Positions 39,422 through 52,428 of a DNA stretch of 64,000 nt are shown piece by piece. The notes under the pieces were generated by a model. It was not told where the DNA came from. It worked only from the letters and a program-made list of their open reading frames with translations, and did not search any database. The translations under genes were made by a program, and so were the position numbers. The stretch lies in the NCBI RefSeq assembly GCF_964355755.1, contig NC_092674.1:24862001-24926000 (forward strand), read 5' to 3'. The first letter of the stretch is position 1, and each line of letters begins with the position of its first letter. Source of the DNA: Antedon mediterranea. Taxonomy: Eukaryota > Animalia > Echinodermata.

Positions 39422-39518
39422 AGTGGTCGACAGAACTCACGACGATACATGACGTCACGAACTGTACCGTCTGTCCACCTTGTTGCCAACACCAAGTCTA
39501 ACGACCCTATTGAAGCTG
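39422..39518 (+). CDS. Gene 2 exon 4: TNF strand A (PSVHLVAN)
   Basis: Acceptor ttatag; SGRQNSRRYMTSRTVPSVHLVANTKSNDPIEA; phase-1 donor gtaagt. Confidence 0.82.
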
Positions 39519-39920
39519 GTAAGTTAACTCTTTTCTGGAAGTTTTCGCAAATGTAATTTGCATGTCGTTTACAGGATTCGAACCGCACATGTGTTTTTTC
39601 TAAATTTATTTCCTTCACTGTGTTAATATAAGAGGTTAACGGGAAAGAATCATGACCAGTCACCTGCAGTTAGTTAAAATTTGATGATTTTCTCAATATT
39701 TCGTTTCTACATGATTTTCTGTTGTTTTACTTAAACGTATTGTGACGTATTCGTTGAAGAAACCTCACATTATGACGAACGCAAGTGACATACGTATGGG
39801 CGGCCATTAGGGCCAGAATAGACAATGTATAAATATACAGAAATGACAAAACACGAACGCGATATAAATGTTTACTCTTTTAGCATTATGTTTATATTTT
39901 GATATTTTATCGTTGCTTAG

Positions 39921-40161
39921 AGAATTTTGTCAGATGGCGCAACGCTTCATCGGTTCTTCGTCACAGTTATCTACCAGTAATAGATGATACCTTTGTGAGG
40001 ATCGTAACATCCGGGTTTTACAACGTGTATGCACAATTAACAATGGAAATAGATGAAGCCGACCGAATGCATGCAAAAAAGTACGGGTTCCAAGTTACTA
40101 AAAGTGATCGTATTACCGGAGTTCACACGCCTCTCCTGACAGCTAGAGGTGTATTGTTTAA
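39921..40161 (+). CDS. Gene 2 exon 5: TNF domain core
   Basis: Acceptor ttgcttag; VRW...VRIVTSGFYNVYAQL (GxYxVYAQ motif); phase-2 donor AA|gtaaga. Confidence 0.85.
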
Positions 40162-40695
40162 GTAAGACCTACTATTTTACCTTTAATCAACTTTATTTAG
40201 GCCTAATGCTTAAAATGTGCATGTATTTGTACCAGGGAGGTGAAAAAAATAATAATTATTATTTTTTCACCTCCCTATTTGTACATCCATGACAGACATC
40301 TAGAATAAAGTAAGCGCTCAGATACTGGGCAAAATACAGTAAGCTACTAATACTTAACATAGGTCATACTATATATAGCATTAAACTATGTTCAGTAACT
40401 ATTTTAGATAAAGATAACTAGAGTTTGTGTAAACAGCGTTTGCCAACCGAAATGTTTGGTCTACTGGTACTGGAGCCTTAGGTTAGAGGTCTATCGAGAA
40501 AAATGTTTTTAAATAGTTGAGAGAGATTGTTTAGAGGGTTAGGTTTAGTATATTTATTTTATTATTTAAAAAATAATGCTAGCCGGACATAATAATTGAT
40601 CATGCGTAGTTACTGTAGTATTGAATTTGAAACCATCGGAGAATTTCTTACTGGAAGAATACCACTGAGTTTAATGTCTTATTTTGTATTTTTAG

Positions 40696-40924
40696 AATAG
40701 GCGGTGTCGGTGGAAGCCTACAAGCTGGCGTCGAGACCAAGCATACTAGTGGACAATTCTTTTTATGCAGAGGTCAAGAAATCGGTGTTAGAGCAGACCC
40801 AACATTTAAACTTGGGTTGATTCTGGTGTCCGATGTAAACACAATAGATTCATCCAGTTTTCTTGGCCTTTGGAAAATAAAAAATGCGTATTATGCTGAC
40901 GAGGAAAACAGATACTGCAGCTAA
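40696..40924 (+). CDS. Gene 2 exon 6: TNF strands F-H and C-terminal tail
   Basis: Acceptor ttttgtatttttag; ...TKHTSGQFFLCRGQEIGVRAD...SSFLGLWKIKNAYYADEENRYCS*; not in the ORF track (no start codon). Confidence 0.82.
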
Positions 40925-40943
40925 ACAGACGCTAGCTATTATA

Positions 40944-41261
40944 CTTGGTTCCCACGTTAAAGCTCTGTACACTATCAAACTGTATGTGACAACAAAATGT
41001 GATGTGGCCATATATGGGCATGATGATGTCAACACTACCATTATTTGGGCACATCACACTTTTTTTTATCAAACTAGTTTTGATAGTGTAGACAAAACTT
41101 TACATGTAACGCAAGGATGTAATCTAAACGTACCGAGAGTGATTTTTCCACCAATCGCAAGCGATGCATTATTGTTCAAACTGTCGCGCGCTTGTCGTCA
41201 ACTCGCGTTTTGTCGCGTTTGTTAGCGTCATTGCGTTGCGTCCTTAGTTGGAACCAAGCTT
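40944..41261. mobile_element. MITE family A (40960-41100) nested inside a MITE family B copy in the 3' UTR of gene 2
   Basis: Family B left end cttggttcccac is interrupted by a full family A element; family B then resumes and ends in ggaaccaagctt. Confidence 0.7.
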
Positions 41262-41676
41262 AATATACGATAACCAATTATGTTGGTTATATTATTTGCT
41301 ACATTTTACTGCCATTATATAAATTAGTTTAATTTTAAGCAAAAGTCTCAGTTATATCTGAACCATTCCGACCAAGAAGGATGCCACAATAAAGTGTTGT
41401 GAAGATTATTACGGTACTATAGGCCTAATCAAGAAATTTCTGAATTGAATGGTTGTATATTTATATGTAAGCGGTGTGAACATAATGATTCTCACCCTAC
41501 TGTACCTATGGGCTTCCTAGATAAAGACGATTATTTTTATATTTTGTGAATACAAAAAAACAATACAATTTTTGTATTATTTATAACTTCGTCCTTCCTG
41601 CTACAAACGTATACTGCCGTTTCACTTGCATTTACATTTGTATTTAATAATAGTAGTGTACCAACAATATAACTTT

Positions 41677-41746
41677 GGAATTACCCTAATTCTTTTGGGA
41701 TTCCCCTAATCCTTTTGGGATTCCCCTAATTCTTTTGGGATTTCCC
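41677..41746. promoter_or_regulatory. Four NF-kB-like decamers at exact 20-bp spacing
   Basis: GGAATTACCC (41677, kB-like on the minus strand), GGGATTCCCC (41697, 41717), GGGATTTCCC (41737); match or closely resemble GGGRNNYYCC. Function is not shown. Confidence 0.35.
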
Positions 41747-43726
41747 GTGAAAACAAGGGGAAATATAGTGTTTAAACTTACGGCCAGCCCTAGGGGATAA
41801 TCCTAATGGGAAACTTCGTTGGGCCTGAATGTTTCCTGGTGTAATTTCACTGTCGTTACCAAACACAAATGTAGGCCTATTCTGTCATTGGGTATGTTTT
41901 ACCATCTATTTTGTATGTATATCATGTTTCATTAATTATTATTAATTATATGCAGAAGAGACCCCTATGGTAATCTTTGCTAGCAGTTATGTTATTATTA
42001 CACATCAATGTTCTGTGTAAAATCTCGAATAAGTTGTTGTCATACCGCCCTCTTTTTATATGTGTTGGTTTCTTCACCTAACTTTTGCATTTTATTGAAT
42101 TATCAAAAGATAAGTTATTTCAAGTAAGAAAATCTCGAGCGGATACTTTCAAATCTCGAGCGTATACTTTGTTCACCATATTTTTGTTTGCCAACTTTTT
42201 AATTAAAGCCATTGTGTAGAATTATGCATGTCTTCTGCTATTTACCGAAGCTTGTCAACTGGTCTTTCTTCGTGAGAAAGATTTTCACTGGCATGAAAAC
42301 TTTTGCAAGATTAGCCTTGCTGTAGTGTATATTGCGACACTGCGACTTAAGAGCGGGCTAAGTATCTCAAATGTCGCGTTATCCTGTATAGTAAATTGTA
42401 AATAAAACGTTTATGTTGATTATATATATATATATATTTTTAGATTTAGCTTTAAAAATTCATTGAATTAGGATATTGACTATAATATACTGTTATAAGT
42501 ATTTAAAATTAAAATTTAAATAAACATGCAGTTGCAAAAATGACTGAAAATGATATTCTGTTTTGTGCCCATTTCGTTTTTGCTCATTTTTTTTGCATCA
42601 CTAATGTTTTCAGTGTTTTAATAATATTAAAAAACAACGTTTATATAATAATAATAACCCAGCGGGAGTTTTCGCTTTGATTGGCTGTGCTCAAATTTGA
42701 GTTAGTATTTACCGACAGACTGACCGAACAACCGACCGACATAGTGAGCTGTTAGAATCGCGGCGTTTGCACGCGACTAAAAAATAGATTCAACCTCAAT
42801 CAAGAATAGGTATGGCACGCCATGTGTGACGAAATGTTTTCTTTTTACGAATCACTTATTTAACAACCTAATCAGTTATTTAATATATTTAACCATTTCT
42901 GCATAAAAAAACTTCATTTTATTCGTCACGTGTCTGCGTCCGTCTAAAATAACAAGTACGCAGCGGGTGTGCAGTAATTGAAATGTCACAATATTTTGAC
43001 GCGTTTCAAGTGTCATATCATATTTAATATTCCGGAGTGTCTCATTCTGTAGAGGGCCGGAAACTTAATTCATTTGGTATAATACTTCACAAGTTTACCA
43101 CCTCAAAAAATCTAATTTTGACAAAGAAAAATGGTAGAATTCTAGAGAGAAGTTAACTGATAACATAGTTAACGAATATATTTGCAACACATCTTGTTTT
43201 GACAATTAAAATCCTGTGTAATCTCGGAAACGAGAAGAGGCATTAATCTCACTATCTCTTCTTCACTCTTCCCTGGTGGAATCTTGATTGATAAATTGAT
43301 AAACTGGAGCAACACAGTCCTTGCACCTGAATAATTTTACTGTGTGGTTGTTGCATTCCCCGATGATTTTTATTATTAATGACAGAAATCAGTCTGCAAC
43401 AAAAAGATTATATTAAATGCCTAGAGGGGCAATTGCTGAGAGGCCATTGGGTCTCACACTAGCCTTAGACAAGGCATGGTGTTTCTCACAGTCAGGATCC
43501 AACAGCACCATTGCCGAGGGGGAAGTTGCGGCAATCATCTAAACTGTTACAGTCTCAGATGAGGGTGGTTGGGCCTAGAGCGCCTCACAAATTGGAAGCT
43601 AACGATACGTTTAAGAAACTGTCGATTTACAAGGCAAACACAGTACGTAACTGAAAGTCAGTCGCAATACTTTGCAGATTTTCCTATAGAAACAAAATAA
43701 AAACACTATATACAGATACCTTTAAA

Positions 43727-43891
43727 ATGTATGTACATTTTTGCAAAAAGCATAGTTTTCTGCAGTTACTGTATTTAGTTGTGGTACTATTTCTTTGTGT
43801 GGATTCCATGGGTTTGAAAGGAAAACCAGGATGTGCAAGGTATTACTACGCAGAAAAAGTTTCACATCCAAAGAAAAACTGTCACCCAAAG
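43727..43891 (+). CDS. NDP: Norrin (Norrie disease protein)-like cystine-knot growth factor, coding exon 1
   Basis: Signal peptide LLYLVVVLFLCVDS then CARYYYAEKVSHPKKNCHPK, compared with human [20 protein letters not shown]; phase-0 donor AAG|gtaaga at the same position as the vertebrate NDP intron. Confidence 0.88.
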
Positions 43892-44374
43892 GTAAGAATT
43901 TCTTTTTATTGAAAGTTCACGTGCAGATTAGGAAGACATTGCAATCATCGAAAAGTAAACAAATAATATTATTAATTATTATCATTATGAAATTTCCATT
44001 TTATTTAATTGTTTACTTTCTTCTTTAATAAATACATACACTTTAGGATAAATTCGAGAAAGTAAAAAAGAGAGAAGGCAGAAGAAAAAAAAAGAGAAAA
44101 AGCTTGTGATTAGCAAATTAAAAAATTTAGCAAAAAATCAGCAAAACAAAAAGCAGCAAAACGGGTTACTGTATCATATACCGTTAATTATTATTAAATA
44201 CATTTTAACATTTAAAATTGAAATGTGCATATTTTGTGAGAAAAGCTTGCATGAAAATCCCATATTCAAGGAAATGTAACTAGATTGTGAAATTTGTGAA
44301 ATTATTCACTGAAAATACAATAATTAATTTTTCATTTTTTTGTTAATCAATGCAAACAAGGCCATATAGTTGGC

Positions 44375-44905
44375 TGCAGTCGCGTGCTCAGGTTAGTGTT
44401 TACCGACCGACCGACCAACCAACCGACCGACATAGTGAGCTGTAGTGACTAAAAAATGTTTTTATAAAGTTTGAAAAGGCAATGTTAAATCGTTATTATT
44501 ATCAATATTATCCCATACATAATATCAGCTTTTTATCAGTTTCTAATCCCGATTAGCTCACTATGTCGGCCGGTGGTCGGTAAACACTAAATGTCAGTAA
44601 ACACTAACTCAAATTCATATTTTTTCGTTATTTTGACAGTGGATATTAATACTTGGAGGCAAATATAAATGTTTTAAAAATATTAAAACATTTTTTAACA
44701 TTTTCAGTAATTTCGGTCGGTTGGTCGGTCGGAAAACACTAATGTCGTTAAACGCTAACTCAAATTCATATTTTGTTGTTATTTTGACAGTGGATATTAA
44801 TACTTGGCCTGGAGGCAAAGTATAAATGTTTTTAACATTTTCAGAAATTTCGGTCGGTCTGTCGGTCAGTAAACACTAACTCAAATTTGTGCACGCGACT
44901 GCAGC
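44375..44905. mobile_element. Fragments of a DINE/HINE-like non-autonomous element in the NDP-like intron (another copy at about 42690-42785)
   Basis: (ccga)n microsatellite, then catagtgagct, then a gcacgcgactaaaaa end, in both orientations; family assignment is from architecture only. Confidence 0.45.
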
Positions 44906-47014
44906 CCTGGTTTTTCATCGGAATCCAAATTATGTTTGTTGTTGGTCGAATAATTACAAAAGGAAATACATAAAATAGAATACTGTAGGCTACTGAATTT
45001 TGTTTTGAGAATACTTTTTTGTAATTATTTCATTTTGTATTGAATATTAAATCAAACAAACAAAAAATAACTTTAAAAAAAAATGTATTTTTGAACTGTA
45101 TTTTGATTTTTAATGTTATGACATTTCATGTTATGGTGACTCTGTTGCTTTTGGGGTCCCAGGACATGATGTCGAATAAATGAAATGAAACGAAAAGATG
45201 TTTTAATGTTTCACGTTTTCTTCAAGCATTCTTTTGTTTTGTAGGCTACAATAACTAGTTATGTATGTTAATGATTTTGTGAATGGAAATAAAGAAAGTA
45301 AAGCAAGAAGGCATTATGGCTTACAGTACACATTGTATAGTATGCTATCTAATTTCTCTACCAATAACTTTTTGCAAACAATTTTCATAAATTGATATTG
45401 ATATTTTTAGCGGTACCGTTATTACCGTAGGTAATTGGACCAGGTGGCGGTACCGCTGTGCCCCGTTGTATCATCTGCACCTTTAGATTAAAGGTAACAT
45501 AGGAGACCAGGTGATTCATTTAAAAATGACAATTTGTTCCCCGGATATTGGAATTTGAATGAGCTACTGTAACAAAAATGTGATAACTGCCCAACTTACT
45601 TGGCAACATGAGTACTTAGATTTCATACGTGTATCTTATAGATGAATCTATATTAAATAACCGGTTTGTGTGGGAATATTCCTGTATCTCTTTAGAGGTC
45701 ATCAGTGTATGGTACGATACCAGCTCACTTGGCGTATGATTTTATATATTTTTTAATATAGGAAATTGAGATCGCAGGAGTTTATAAATACAATTTTTTC
45801 TTTCTGAATTATTGAAGAAGCTTATATTATTAGCTCAACATTTTCGAATTTGAATTTTTTTTTTCACCATTTTGACACTCATTTAAAATGTTTGTAGTAC
45901 TTATTTTAATTCAATCTATTTAATTTTTGTTTTAGACTGGTATGCATGAAAAAATAGTAATTAATTTTAATTATTGATAGGAATATAGGATTAAAAATCT
46001 AAGTGTTCTTATAGTCGTTCGTTATCGTCATAAAAGGGCCTTAGGTCAACAAGTTTAAAGGTCTGTCTACATTGTTATTTTCATATAATTCTCTTCGCCG
46101 TCTTTCATTCGTTGACTATTATTGTTATTTCATTTCGTCAAACCGCGTATCAAAATGTATCTTAATTATTGAATTCTACTATTAATTAGTTTTACCGCTT
46201 ATTCGACCCGAGTGCGAAGGCCGGTGTACTTAGCATTCGTGCTCAACTTTAAACATGGCTAATTAGTACTGTAGGTCCGCAATTAGCAAGCAGTAATTTC
46301 AACTTGATGACAGCGTGAGTTACTAACGAGTTAACGATTACATTTTCTTAGGAACTTGTTAAGCTGGGCGTTACCAGAGGCATAAGGTTTGCAAGATCAA
46401 TTACAAGCCGCTGTTATGATAGCGAGAAGTTGGCTTGTCAAGAAAACATTTGTCACTTTGCTACGCTGACATTATACAAATGATTACTCGTTTGATGTCG
46501 CGATAAAAATCACAATCATTATTATGCCATTGGCTAATAGTACTTCCGATATTGTAACAGTAATAATAATATAATTTCCTAAATTGACATACCGAACAGT
46601 TATTTATTGTGTCCGCCTGGAGAATTTATTTTTAAATTGTACATTTTTTTGTTCAGAACATTTGTCTAAAATATTTGTGTTTTATTCTACCGTAATATAT
46701 GAAATGAGTTCTTTAAAATGAGAAACTGAACTCAACATTTTTCGCATTAAAATTAGAGCCGAAAAATGGATGATAAAGTTACGTTCCACCCTGATGTTCT
46801 TAATACCTAGGCCTAAACAACAAAAAATAATAAAGTTCATCCGATAGGCCTATGGATATGTCTATCATACAGATGCAGAGTACAAGGCAGACCGATAATA
46901 CGCCTACATTCATTTCGCGTCATCTCGGATATGAGGCACTTCGAAAAAGAAAAGTGCCCTTCTCCACTTATAACCGTTCTATAATTAATTGTAGTTGTTG
47001 ATTGTATTTTGCAG

Positions 47015-47260
47015 ATGGTGTTATTGACTCGCTGCAACGGATACTGCGCCAAATCGTCATCGGCGGAACCCGTCATCAGTTTTCGTAGCGTTGTTCGTCA
47101 TCCGTTTAAATATAACTGTCAAAGTTGTCAGGACCTAACCTCGTCCATGAGAGCAATACGCCTACAGTGCGCCAACAACGAACGAGTTTACGCCACCTAT
47201 CGGTACATACTAGAATGTTCATGTAAATCATGTCGAATCGATAGGCGCAGTAAGTCATAA
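47015..47260 (+). CDS. NDP: Norrin-like protein, coding exon 2
   Basis: Acceptor attttgcag; MVLLTRCNGYC...EPVISF...PF...C...AIRLQC...ATYRYILECSCKSC matches human MVLLARCEGHC...EPLVSF...ALRLRC...ATYRYILSCHCEEC; total 136 aa. Confidence 0.92.
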   Translation: MVLLTRCNGYCAKSSSAEPVISFRSVVRHPFKYNCQSCQDLTSSMRAIRLQCANNERVYATYRYILECSCKSCRIDRRSKS

Positions 47261-50200
47261 TTGCGCCGAGAAAAACTAAGAATAACTGAGCAACTGAAAG
47301 AAGAGAAGGGCTACGATTTCGGAACCAGCGTCTCATTTCAGAATACGGTTAAATCCGATGACGATTTATATTAGATCTACAGCGTCCACGGTTTCATAAT
47401 ACAGGCCTACGTTAAAAATAGCCTACTCGGTAACTTAGGCCTACACGGACAGAAGGAGCTGAGAAATGACATATTCCATGTTTACTTAGGCCTTATAAGT
47501 TAACGAAAATAAGTTTTTCAGAACAGATTCAGATTTGAATAATCTATATATTTGGCCTACTCCAATAGGTTTAAGTTCTGTTACGTTAGGAATATATATT
47601 TGTGACGTTATGGTATCGACACATAAGCATCGTCTATAGCAAAGAAAGCTGTTTTTCTTTCGATCGGTTAAAATGCCTGCAGATATTATGAGTAAAAATT
47701 GAGGACAATATTGTTTTAGCCTTTATATCTTGTGAAATTAATTCAGCACACCTGGCATTTATTGCCTAACGGACACCTGTGATTCACGGTCATTTACATC
47801 TGTAAATTTTGCAAATACTTACTATTTTAAAGAAATTACGCCAGGCATCTAAATTACATCTACTTATTTTGTATAATCCTTTCGCCAGACTATATATTCT
47901 TAAAAACAAATTTATCCGCATTTATTGCTTTTACAATTTGTTTTTATTTAAGGATAGCTTCAGGTTTAACATTTCTATTGGTTTTTTAAAAAGTAAATAT
48001 AAGACTTTCTTACAACATTCATAGTAGCCAATCGAGTGTCATGTGAAAAGTGATGCTTCAGGACTTTTCCGTAATGTTATAAGATAGGAATTTTACTGAT
48101 TTTCAACCACTTGCAATCATCACATGGGTATTTGTAATATAGTATTTCCTATATTGATGATTGTTCTTTCTTTATTCATGTCCTTTTTTAAAAGAAAATG
48201 TCACAAATGTACATATATGAGTCAATTTAGTTAATTTCCTATCTTGTAACACTAGAAAAGTCATGTAGAAAATGGACCTTATTTCATGATGTTAGTGGGG
48301 TTATTGTTGCATGCTATAAAGGTTTACATTTCATAATGTTAAACCTGGATCTACCACCCTTTAAAACTAAAACTGTATCAAGTGTTCTGAATGGTTCTTA
48401 TTCTTGTACCTGTTATACTTATGTATTCCATTCTGCAAATGGCGGGATCTCCGCTACTTAAAGATGCATTGTCCCCCTAAAAAAATAATAATAAATTAAT
48501 TAAATATATAAAATATACCGTTAATTGTTTTTAATGTTAAAGCACAGAACTCATATTATAGAGGTTCAGCTCTTGTTACCTGTGCAAAATATTTGATAAA
48601 GAAGTATAGTTCTTAATGTGGTTAGTTTGTGTATAGGCCTATATAGTTATTCTTGTATACATTTTTGCACCATAATACAATCTATTATTATCTTTAAAAC
48701 AAAATGAGTTTTAGAAAAAGAACAGTGCCGATAATTCGATTGACTCGGAGATAATTACCACATTATATCATTTTCTATGGGGGAGCTGTATCGACGTGGT
48801 TACAAGCTATGTTGGGTTAATTTAATTGGATAGTTCCACAAAATGTGGCTTGGCTTTCCATTAAGAACTGTATTTTAGTGTATATTACTGTATGTTATTT
48901 TTATTGTACATTCCTAGTGTTTTAATGTAAATAATGTTGAAATAAACTCTGGAATAATGAAATAATGCAATATTATGTTTCTCAGGTCTATTCTTAAAAT
49001 TCGAACTCACGCGGATTGGAAATGACACTGGGTATCAAGGAGATGGACATTTCGCTATATAATTCAATAAAGGTATACTATAATATACAGAATGACTTAT
49101 CTTAAGATGTTTGGGTTTCTAGTCTAAAACTGTAAATCGTACATACAAATGTAAGATACATCATTTAAATCACTATTTATATGTGAAGGTTCTTCGGAAG
49201 ATTTTGTAACGACTTAATGGTGAACAATTAATCACGACATAATCAGCTAAATGTATTACCTTAAAACCCACAGTGAACATAGACTACACATCCTGTCTCC
49301 ATATCTATTCTAGTTTATTATTATGCATTACGTCATTTATTAATAATTAATCATGCATAACGGATTGTAACTAGTGCCATCACACTGCAAAGAGTCTATT
49401 GTATGCTTGCAATTTAGCTTTATAGTATAACAATCATTGATATGTTCGGCCAAATCATGATACTGTATTACATTGCTGCAATTAGTCTATTGAATTACAT
49501 AGCATGGTGGTTGGCATCCCCTCAGTATGCTCTAATAACCACTAAAGCATAACAATGTATGTGGCACGGCTGCGGTGTACTGTCAAAACAATACACAAGT
49601 ACGGCACTTTCTGGTACAGTGAAGAGTGCAGCTAGTCATAGGATATTTATAGTTTTTCTAAAGTACCTCACAACAACAACAACAACAAGACAAATACTTC
49701 ACTACAAAAACTAATGTCACAACTACTTTACGCGTAATATTTTAATATGAATCAACAGTATTTCCCTTATATATGTCTGTGTATAATATGTGTATTATTT
49801 TTTAATTAGGAACAAGGATGTTACTAACTACACTATCACAACAACAGAAAGCAAACACTAACCATACGAAGCTTGGAACTATATTTGGGTTTTCCCCTGT
49901 AAATTTTGTTAACGACCACAATACAATAGTACCACTAGTCAGCATTTATACGGTCTATTTAGGCCTAACCTATGTTCTGTAACCTAAACTATTTTATTGA
50001 ATATATCAGCTTAGAATTATTATAGTGACGTTGAACATCTTTAGGAAGGCTCTGATTATTACATTTTCAATTAATATACTTATACAGTTTTAACGACAGC
50101 ATAAATTGGTCACTGATTAGAAGATGTTCTTAAATAGAGGGATGTGGGTATTGTGTTATAAGGTTTAACAAATACTAGAAAGTAAACAAAAAATATCAAC

Positions 50201-51008
50201 ATAATATAGCAACAGTTTTAAAGTTAGAAACGTGGAACTGATCATTCTGCCAGCATAAATTTAACCTCTGATTAACGTACTTAATTAGAGGAGTGAGTAT
50301 TTGCGTTATATAGATTATTATCAATAAAATATCAGTTAAAGTAAACAAAAAATAAGTACTATTTATAATAAAGTACGTTCTAGCTGGAAAAAAGATTCCA
50401 TTGTGCACTTTGACCTCAATCTTAATTCAATGGCATGCATATATTTTTCCAGATATTTTGGAAATCCCATCAATTACTAACAATACGTCAAGGGATTACT
50501 CGAACTTTGTTCTAACCCCGATTGTCTGGAGTAAAACACCAGAAATAACTCCTTGAAGAAAATAAAAAGACACGATATTCGATTTAACCTGAACTGGAAA
50601 GATCAAATTACTAAATTGTGGTTCTCAAATTGGAAAATCCAGTTACAATTGATTTCCAGTAAATAACACTAACATAATCATAAATTGTTGAGAAAATCGA
50701 ACACATATACAGTACTTTATAACAATAAAAATTTTCCTGAGACGAACTGAACCGCGATAAATAACATTATTTTTAATAGGCCTACAAAAATCTAGGATGA
50801 GCTTGTAAGATTGCTTATTTTCGAGAAAATACATTTTATCTAAAAATCTAAACGTTTTAAAAAATCGTGCAAAAAATATAGAAACGTGGTTTCTGGTTCG
50901 ATAGGTAGCCTACTAATAGTTGTTAAGCTTCTAAATAAAAAAAATGAGACGAGGAACTTGAGTTTTATAAGTTATATCTTCAAGATGAACAACACAGATC
51001 GTTACTCT

Positions 51009-51350
51009 AAAGCTTGGTTCCGTTCCCACTAGCGACGCAACGTATGGAATTGCCCTTCTAGTAAATGTGTTTTCCTCCGCCTGCGTGAAAGCAAACCTGC
51101 GATGTTTGCAGCAATATTTCGTCGTCGGTTCCCACTTGTGATTACACAAATACAGCACTTTGCGTCAATACGTCGTAGCGTTGCGCTACGTTGCGTCGCT
51201 AGTAGGAACTACGTATTAAGTTTGGCTTTGACGCAACGCAAGGAAGGACGTACGCAACGATATGGACAATTATATCAAGAAATGTCGCATGTGATTGGTC
51301 AACTTACGTGTACGCCATTGCGTCGTGTCCAACAAGTAGGAGCCAAGTTT
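51009..51350. mobile_element. Two adjacent MITE family B-related elements
   Basis: 51009-51210 matches the internal sequence of the element starting at 30575; it is followed by a second degenerate copy. Confidence 0.7.
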
Positions 51351-51414
51351 AACGTAATGAAGAAAGTCAAACGTAATGCAATGGCGGATCAAGAATTTTG
51401 AAATAGGAGAGAGT

Positions 51415-51448
<34 letters not shown>

Positions 51449-52261
51449 GGTATGGATTGGCAGGGCTTATAAATGACAAAATTAAATGCTTAAACTAGCG
51501 TCCTATTTTTGCACTGTAATCTGCCAAATTTAGGAGGGTCAGGCCGGGCGTGTACGCTATTTCATTGCATTCAATGGGATCTAAGCTTAACAACCTTTTT
51601 TCCTTCCTTATAGCATTACGGATGCATACACTATTTCTTCCCGTCTATTTACAGGAACTAATTCAGAAGTATAACCCAGGTCGCGAATAAAAGACTATTT
51701 GGTGATAAATTTTCTCTCATTGGACCTAAGTTATGGAATAATTTACCTATTTATGTACGTATAGCTCCAAGCGTACAATTTTTTAAGAAATTGTTAAAAA
51801 GTAAGGAATAATTTAGATTTGTCCTTGTACACTGCTCTAATTGTTGTCCTTTGCTTTGATCTTTTTTTGGAAAAGCTCTGTATATATCCATAAATTATAG
51901 TATAGTATACGCTATAAATATTAACTGAAAGCGATAACCAAACCTTATGACTGAAAGTAGATTCAACCCAATTATTCCGATTTCGGTTCGGAAGAACTAA
52001 CTTTCGTTTAAATGACTAAACAAATATAAGGGGACAATTCAGTATCAATGGAATTCGTCTAGGGGGAAATAAACATTAACTTAAACGTACGTAGTTACGT
52101 GGGGGCGTATCCATGTTTGTACAACTATTATATTTACGCCTACATTAAGCCCACGCCTTGTTCATTTTCTTTTCTTTATGTCGTGGGAGAACATTTACAG
52201 TACATAAATGAAGGTAATATATTTTTTTCAGGCGGAAATCATTAAAAGAAAACTGGGCCTG

Positions 52262-52428
52262 AAGCTTGGTTCCTATTTGGATGCAACGCAAGAAAATTGT
52301 AAGCAGAAAGTGAGTTGAGCAATCACAAGCGACTGTTTGGATGCTCTAAGGCGTCTTGATTGGTCAAAATAATTACTTGCCATGCGCATTATACGTTTTT
52401 ACGTTGCGTCCAAGTGGGAACCAAGCTT
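52262..52428. mobile_element. MITE family B copy
   Basis: TIRs aagcttggttcc / gggaaccaagctt; internal caatcacaagcga ... tgattggtcaa inverted core. More degenerate copies at about 22720, 24055, 35400, 53970 and 62200. Confidence 0.7.

Noticed and set aside
50931-51479. Overlapping ORFs and the long poly-G run
   Set aside because: The ORFs lie in MITE family B sequence. The poly-Pro comes from a G homopolymer whose length may be unreliable.
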